In this document: in pieces, positions 59,650 to 64,000 of the stretch | How the letters are laid out: every line of letters begins with the position of its first letter | How positions within the stretch are numbered: position 1 is the first letter of the stretch | DNA from: Turneriella sp. | GTDB taxonomy: Bacteria; Spirochaetota; Leptospiria; Turneriellales; Turneriellaceae | Direction: 5' to 3' | Length of the DNA stretch: 64,000 nt | Assembly (NCBI GenBank): GCA_965279515.1 | Contig: CBDIID010000003.1 | Location: 608,001 to 672,000 of the forward strand | Position numbers and translations under genes: made by a program | Notes under the pieces: model-generated | Told to the model about the DNA's origin: nothing | What the model saw: the letters and a program-made list of their open reading frames with translations, nothing else | Database searches by the model: none

Positions 59650-61864
59650 TGTCCCAAATATCCCCAGAGCCATAGAGCAGGCGTACCAGGATTTGCGAAG
59701 GCATAAACTCGTTAGTAAGGTTTCTGCAGTCCAATCGACTGCGCCTGGAATATGGAAGATAGAAATTGAAATCCTGTTAGCACTACCCTCCCGTACAGCA
59801 ACTGCGGGAATTACCGCTACAGGCATAAAATCAACAGAAGTCCTGCAGATGGTATTTACTGCAAAATATCCTCAATGTGCGCCCGAACTCTTTCTACGAA
59901 TAGACTTCCCCGAGAATACAGCGCACATCAATCCTTGGAAGTCCAGTGATGGCCGCCTTTCACCCTGCATTTATGAGGGGCATTTGGAAAACCTTCTATT
60001 ATCTGGCCATGGAATTTCAGCAGTCGTTGACCAGGCTTATACATGGTTTACGAATGCAGCGAATGGGACTCTCATCGACCCCGGACAAGGATGGGAGCCT
60101 GTCCGTCGTGAAACTCAATATGGCCTAGTTACCTACGATGAGGAGGAATTGCGATCTTTCATAATAGACAATTCCGCTGGGGCCTTTTTTACATGTCATT
60201 ATTTACCAACAGTTGAAAGGTTTAAGTTCTCGGGGTACTTCTTGGAGAACGCCAGGTGGCGCAGTTTAGATGATGTTAACTTTGCGGAATTTGATCCCCG
60301 AATACAGGCTGGAAGCTCAGTAAAGAAATGCTTTGGACTTCTATTATGGGGTGGCAAGAAAGCAATATCGTCAAACTATAAACCTGATACGGCAAAGAAG
60401 CTAAGTGATTTGGAAGCCTTTGCAAAAGAATACGGATTTCAGGATAAGTTTACAGCCAAGATTTCGGACCTAATCAAAGCTTCACGGTCAAAACTCCAAG
60501 GTGTAGAGCTTATTACAGTCTTATTGGTTTTAGCGGTTCGCCGGCCATTCAACCTAAATAGTAGCTCGTCAAGCATTGAGCTGCTTAACTATTCCTGCGA
60601 GTTAAAGATCTCCGGGGATGTAGGGGCTCAAGAATCTGCTGTTTCCCCTCTATCGCATCGACATATGAACAGCGCAAATCTTTTTCGACAACTATCCGGC
60701 ACTAAGCTCATTGCTGAGAAAATCCATATCCTAGGATGTGGGAGCGTGGGCTCCAAAATTGCGATGCACTTGGCTCGATCGGGCATCGGTGAGATGACGT
60801 TAATCGATACGGCAGATTTCTCTCCGCACAATAATGCACGGCATGCGCTTTTTGATCCGAGCCTCATAGCGCGAAAGAAAGTGTTTCTATTGCAAGAAGC
60901 CTTGGAAAAAATGAAAGTTAGTTCCAGGCCCTTGGTTAAGGATATTATTTATGATGAAGCCATGTACTCGACAGCCCTGGACAAAGACGACCAGATCATC
61001 CTCATTGATTGCACGGCAAATCTTGCCGTCAGGAGCGCTCTTGCTCACAGAAGCATAGCGCAAAATGTCAGAATTCTTACTTGTGGCTTATACAACAATG
61101 GGACTCTGGGCTATTGCATGATCGAAGGACAAAAAAGGTCGAGCAGGATCGACGATCTTTACGTGAGCCTACTATCTAAAAGTTTAGAAGATGATTCTGT
61201 AGCTGAAGCACTTAGCGACACGACGATCACAAGGCAACCCGTAGGTCAAGGATGCAATTCCTTTACAATGCAAATGTCTGATTCCACGTTATCGATTCAT
61301 ACTGCGCTAATGACGGAATTTATCAGGAAGAAACTAGAGAATGGAATGCCTATGGAAGGGGTAATCTTCTTATCAAAGTTCGATCGCAACACCTTAGCTG
61401 TTCAGTCAGAGGAAATTAATGTTGCCCAGACTACGACCTTAAGTGCTGGGCAATGGTCCATACGCATTCTACCCTCGGTAGTGTTGTCAATGTCAGAAAT
61501 AGCGAAGCAGTATTCACCCAAGGAATTCGGCGGCGTAGTCTTAGGTCGATTGAATTTTGCCGAACGCGTAATCCATGTTACTAACCTACTCGATGCTCCG
61601 CCGGACAGTTCAAACTCAGAAACTGAGTTCATTTTGGGTACCGATGGATTAGAAAAACGTTTGGAGGACACATCGATGAGATCCAATAACCTTATTGCCT
61701 ACTTGGGAACTTGGCATTCTCATCCTGTGGGGGGCGAAGCCTCGGTGCGAGATCATAAAACCCTGAACCGAATTCAAACTCTTCGTGGCGGATTACCTAC
61801 TGTTTGTCTTGTCTGGACCCCTGAAGGAGTATTACCGTTAACAAACTTGGAGAATTGGCAATGA
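59642..61864 (+). CDS. E2-E1(ThiF)-JAB fusion (Cap2/Cap3-like ubiquitin-like conjugation/deconjugation enzyme)
   Basis: E2 HINP..PCIYE; E1 GCGSVGS, D..SPHNNARH, IDCT, GQGC; JAB EFGG..WHSHP..S..D. Confidence 0.88.
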   Translation: MVDVPNIPRAIEQAYQDLRRHKLVSKVSAVQSTAPGIWKIEIEILLALPSRTATAGITATGIKSTEVLQMVFTAKYPQCAPELFLRIDFPENTAHINPWKSSDGRLSPCIYEGHLENLLLSGHGISAVVDQAYTWFTNAANGTLIDPGQGWEPVRRETQYGLVTYDEEELRSFIIDNSAGAFFTCHYLPTVERFKFSGYFLENARWRSLDDVNFAEFDPRIQAGSSVKKCFGLLLWGGKKAISSNYKPDTAKKLSDLEAFAKEYGFQDKFTAKISDLIKASRSKLQGVELITVLLVLAVRRPFNLNSSSSSIELLNYSCELKISGDVGAQESAVSPLSHRHMNSANLFRQLSGTKLIAEKIHILGCGSVGSKIAMHLARSGIGEMTLIDTADFSPHNNARHALFDPSLIARKKVFLLQEALEKMKVSSRPLVKDIIYDEAMYSTALDKDDQIILIDCTANLAVRSALAHRSIAQNVRILTCGLYNNGTLGYCMIEGQKRSSRIDDLYVSLLSKSLEDDSVAEALSDTTITRQPVGQGCNSFTMQMSDSTLSIHTALMTEFIRKKLENGMPMEGVIFLSKFDRNTLAVQSEEINVAQTTTLSAGQWSIRILPSVVLSMSEIAKQYSPKEFGGVVLGRLNFAERVIHVTNLLDAPPDSSNSETEFILGTDGLEKRLEDTSMRSNNLIAYLGTWHSHPVGGEASVRDHKTLNRIQTLRGGLPTVCLVWTPEGVLPLTNLENWQ

Positions 61865-62514
61865 AACCTTTTTCAAAGTATGACGTGATAGGCGTTATGA
61901 CGCCCGGCGCGCTTCTCTTGGTGTTGCTGGGTTTTCACACAATAAAGTCCTTTAAAGAAATTTCTGACCTTTCCATCGGAGGTCTCGGCCTGCTTTCAAT
62001 TTTGTGCTTTGTAATTGGGCACATTGTTCAATCAATAGGAAACTTGATAGAGTGGCTTTATTTCAGATTTTTAGGAAAACCTACTATTCAACTTTTAAAG
62101 AAAAGATCCGGGGGGCTCGCCTCCGATCAGATTATCGCTTTAGAAAAACAAATACGCATACGTTACGGATTTAGAAGTTTTAAGATTGAAAAACAAACAA
62201 AGAAAAGCTGGCCCCCCGTCATTCGCCAGATAATTTCAGACGTATCGATTCAATCCACTGCCGAGAGATTAGAATCATTCAATAGCAACTACGGTTTGTT
62301 CCGCGGCCTCTTGGCAGCAGTCCTCATCGCTATTCCCGTGCAGATTACTATGAATGGTTTAAATATTGCTCTTTTAATGACGGACTTCGCTATCGGCGCA
62401 CTGCTGTTCGCAAGAATGCACAGGTTCGCGAAGCATTACGCCTATGAACTTATAATCCAATTCTTACTCTTAAAGAAAACGAACACCAGAGAGGTAAAAC
62501 ATGGAACAAAATAA
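61861..62514 (+). CDS. Multi-TM membrane protein, candidate effector
   Basis: ATGA overlap with the JAB stop; about 4 TM segments. Confidence 0.75.
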   Translation: MKPFSKYDVIGVMTPGALLLVLLGFHTIKSFKEISDLSIGGLGLLSILCFVIGHIVQSIGNLIEWLYFRFLGKPTIQLLKKRSGGLASDQIIALEKQIRIRYGFRSFKIEKQTKKSWPPVIRQIISDVSIQSTAERLESFNSNYGLFRGLLAAVLIAIPVQITMNGLNIALLMTDFAIGALLFARMHRFAKHYAYELIIQFLLLKKTNTREVKHGTK

Positions 62515-63010
62515 CCATAACCCAATATTGCCAATATTGGCTGGAGCTGCTATCGGCGCTTTAGCCGCAGATTTTTGGCAAGATCACGTAGACGCAGAAA
62601 ATCGAAAAAGCCGCGCAGAGATTGAATATCCAGAAGCCGTGGAAGGCGTTTTCAGGATTTTAGAGAAAGTAGGTAACCGGATAAGATTGGATACGAGTAT
62701 TACGGATGAAAATACCTATCGAAGGTCGATGGCAATGCAGCTGCGCTTCATAACAAGGTTTGATATAGAAGAAGAACCCAGTCAATTTGGTATGAAGCCG
62801 GATATTCTTCTCGATGGCTTGGTCGCCATCGAATTGAAATTGAATCCATCCAAGACGGAATTAGACCGCCTCGTCGGTCAGTTGGTTGGCTACGCTCGTG
62901 AGTGGGCAACAATAATCTGCCTAATAAATACTCCCCAAAGCGCTGTCCGGAGATTAAGAGGTTTGTTGGAGGATGGTGGGTTGGACCACCTGGAGATCTG
63001 GGAGTACTGA
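62501..63010 (+). CDS. PD-(D/E)XK-like nuclease domain protein
   Basis: KPDILL..IELK..GQL..Y motif. Confidence 0.6.
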   Translation: MEQNNHNPILPILAGAAIGALAADFWQDHVDAENRKSRAEIEYPEAVEGVFRILEKVGNRIRLDTSITDENTYRRSMAMQLRFITRFDIEEEPSQFGMKPDILLDGLVAIELKLNPSKTELDRLVGQLVGYAREWATIICLINTPQSAVRRLRGLLEDGGLDHLEIWEY

Positions 63011-63088
63011 GCTGGGGGGTCAGAATATCTGCGCAGGGATAGGCTACCTTAGGGTCAATGACCATAGTATCTGAATGAGATTACCTGT

Positions 63089-63667
63089 ATGAAGTCTAAA
63101 CTGAAGACGAATATTCTGGCGGAATGGAAAACTCTGAAGGATTTCATTGAGCATTGGCAAGGAAAGTATCAATACCGAAACGGAATCGAAAACCTCTACC
63201 TGAATAACATTCGGAAACCTTTGACGAAGAAATCTCGGGATGAATTATTTCAGTGGAAAAATGGTGTGAAACTCTCAAAGGACAAGAGGAATTCGGTCGA
63301 AAACAATTATCCGCTCTCTTTCACTGGCTCTATCGAAGACCGCTACTTCGACGAAAATCAAGACGGTGGCGCGATCTGGAATATCTTCTACGCCCACATC
63401 TTACAACCCGATAAGTATCCAATCTTTGATCAACATACCTACCGGGCGATGATTTATTTGCAAAATCTGATACCTTTGAATTTTGATGATTTTGAAGAGC
63501 TGGAAAAAAAGTCCAAACGGGAAATCTATAGAATTTATCAAAAAGATTACATACCATTCTATTCAGGTATTCAATACATAAATCCCGCAGACCAACACAA
63601 CCGGCATAAAGACCAGGCTCTCTTTGCTTTCGGGAAGTTCTTGAAAACGGCATTGAAATATTTATAA
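63089..63667 (+). CDS. Hypothetical protein (weak HhH-glycosylase-like features)
   Basis: WK, P..YPIFD..RA and DQALF motifs. Confidence 0.55.
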   Translation: MKSKLKTNILAEWKTLKDFIEHWQGKYQYRNGIENLYLNNIRKPLTKKSRDELFQWKNGVKLSKDKRNSVENNYPLSFTGSIEDRYFDENQDGGAIWNIFYAHILQPDKYPIFDQHTYRAMIYLQNLIPLNFDDFEELEKKSKREIYRIYQKDYIPFYSGIQYINPADQHNRHKDQALFAFGKFLKTALKYL

Positions 63668-63674
63668 TATCCCA

Positions 63675-64000
63675 ATGGAACCAGTCATCTCATTGCCATT
63701 TACTGAATATTCGGTCGCGAACCACCTGAGCCAACACTTCAAAACTAAGGATGGTTATTCTGTATTTGCGCCGTTATCCCGTCAGGAGAAAGGTATTGAT
63801 TTGATACTCAGCAAGCGTACAGCTCGCAGGTCAAGCACGCTCACGATCCAGATCAAGGCATCCAGAACCTATTCGCCGAAACCAGCCAAACGAATCGATA
63901 CGAAGCGATTCTCGTTCCATACTTGGTTCAACCGATTTGAAGTCCCCAGCCAAGCGGATATTTTTGCATTGATCGGACTTTACCCTCCCGAGAACGACCG
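63675..64000 (+). CDS. PD-(D/E)XK-like nuclease (partial at window edge)
   Basis: MEPVISLPFTEYSVA...EKGIDLIL...TIQIKASR; open to the end of the window. Confidence 0.6.
   Translation, partial: MEPVISLPFTEYSVANHLSQHFKTKDGYSVFAPLSRQEKGIDLILSKRTARRSSTLTIQIKASRTYSPKPAKRIDTKRFSFHTWFNRFEVPSQADIFALIGLYPPEND

Noticed and set aside
58465..62514. Canonical type II CBASS or Bil system
   Set aside because: No CD-NTase motif (GS..DxD) and no ubiquitin-like beta-grasp ORF; an MBL occupies that position

Overview
Bacterial chromosome segment. Gene content (7TM-DISM kinase, DUF1566 and Ig-like lipoproteins, monomeric IDH) suggests a Leptospiraceae spirochaete such as Turneriella; this is an inference. Bases 1-24.2 kb are ordinary GC-richer core genes: pyk 3' end, PduO-type adenosyltransferase, icd, MFS, cbpAM, a CorE-like ECF sigma with a Cu P1B-ATPase, and an SDR. 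From about 24.25 kb to the end the window is a visibly more AT-rich accessory region. Seven related junction sequences (TGCGTCCC-N16/17-GAACC, usually followed by TGAGTGG..TGAGGT) cut it into modules. On the minus strand five of the seven read as a tRNA-like 3' end followed by a terminator hairpin. The modules range from 0.7-0.8 kb integrase-free toxin-antitoxin cassettes (one duplicated almost identically) to 5-13 kb cargo blocks, so the region looks like a tandem, integron-like array of site-specifically integrated cassettes. No integrase and no intact tRNA lies inside the window. The last block is a defence island: a TM0106 nuclease-helicase, a CapH/CapP-like HTH plus ImmA/IrrE pair, two MBL-fold hydrolases (one ending in ...PHG), an E2-E1-JAB ubiquitin-like conjugation fusion with no CD-NTase or Ubl, a membrane protein and PD-(D/E)XK nucleases. 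All family calls come from motif recognition by eye, not database searches.
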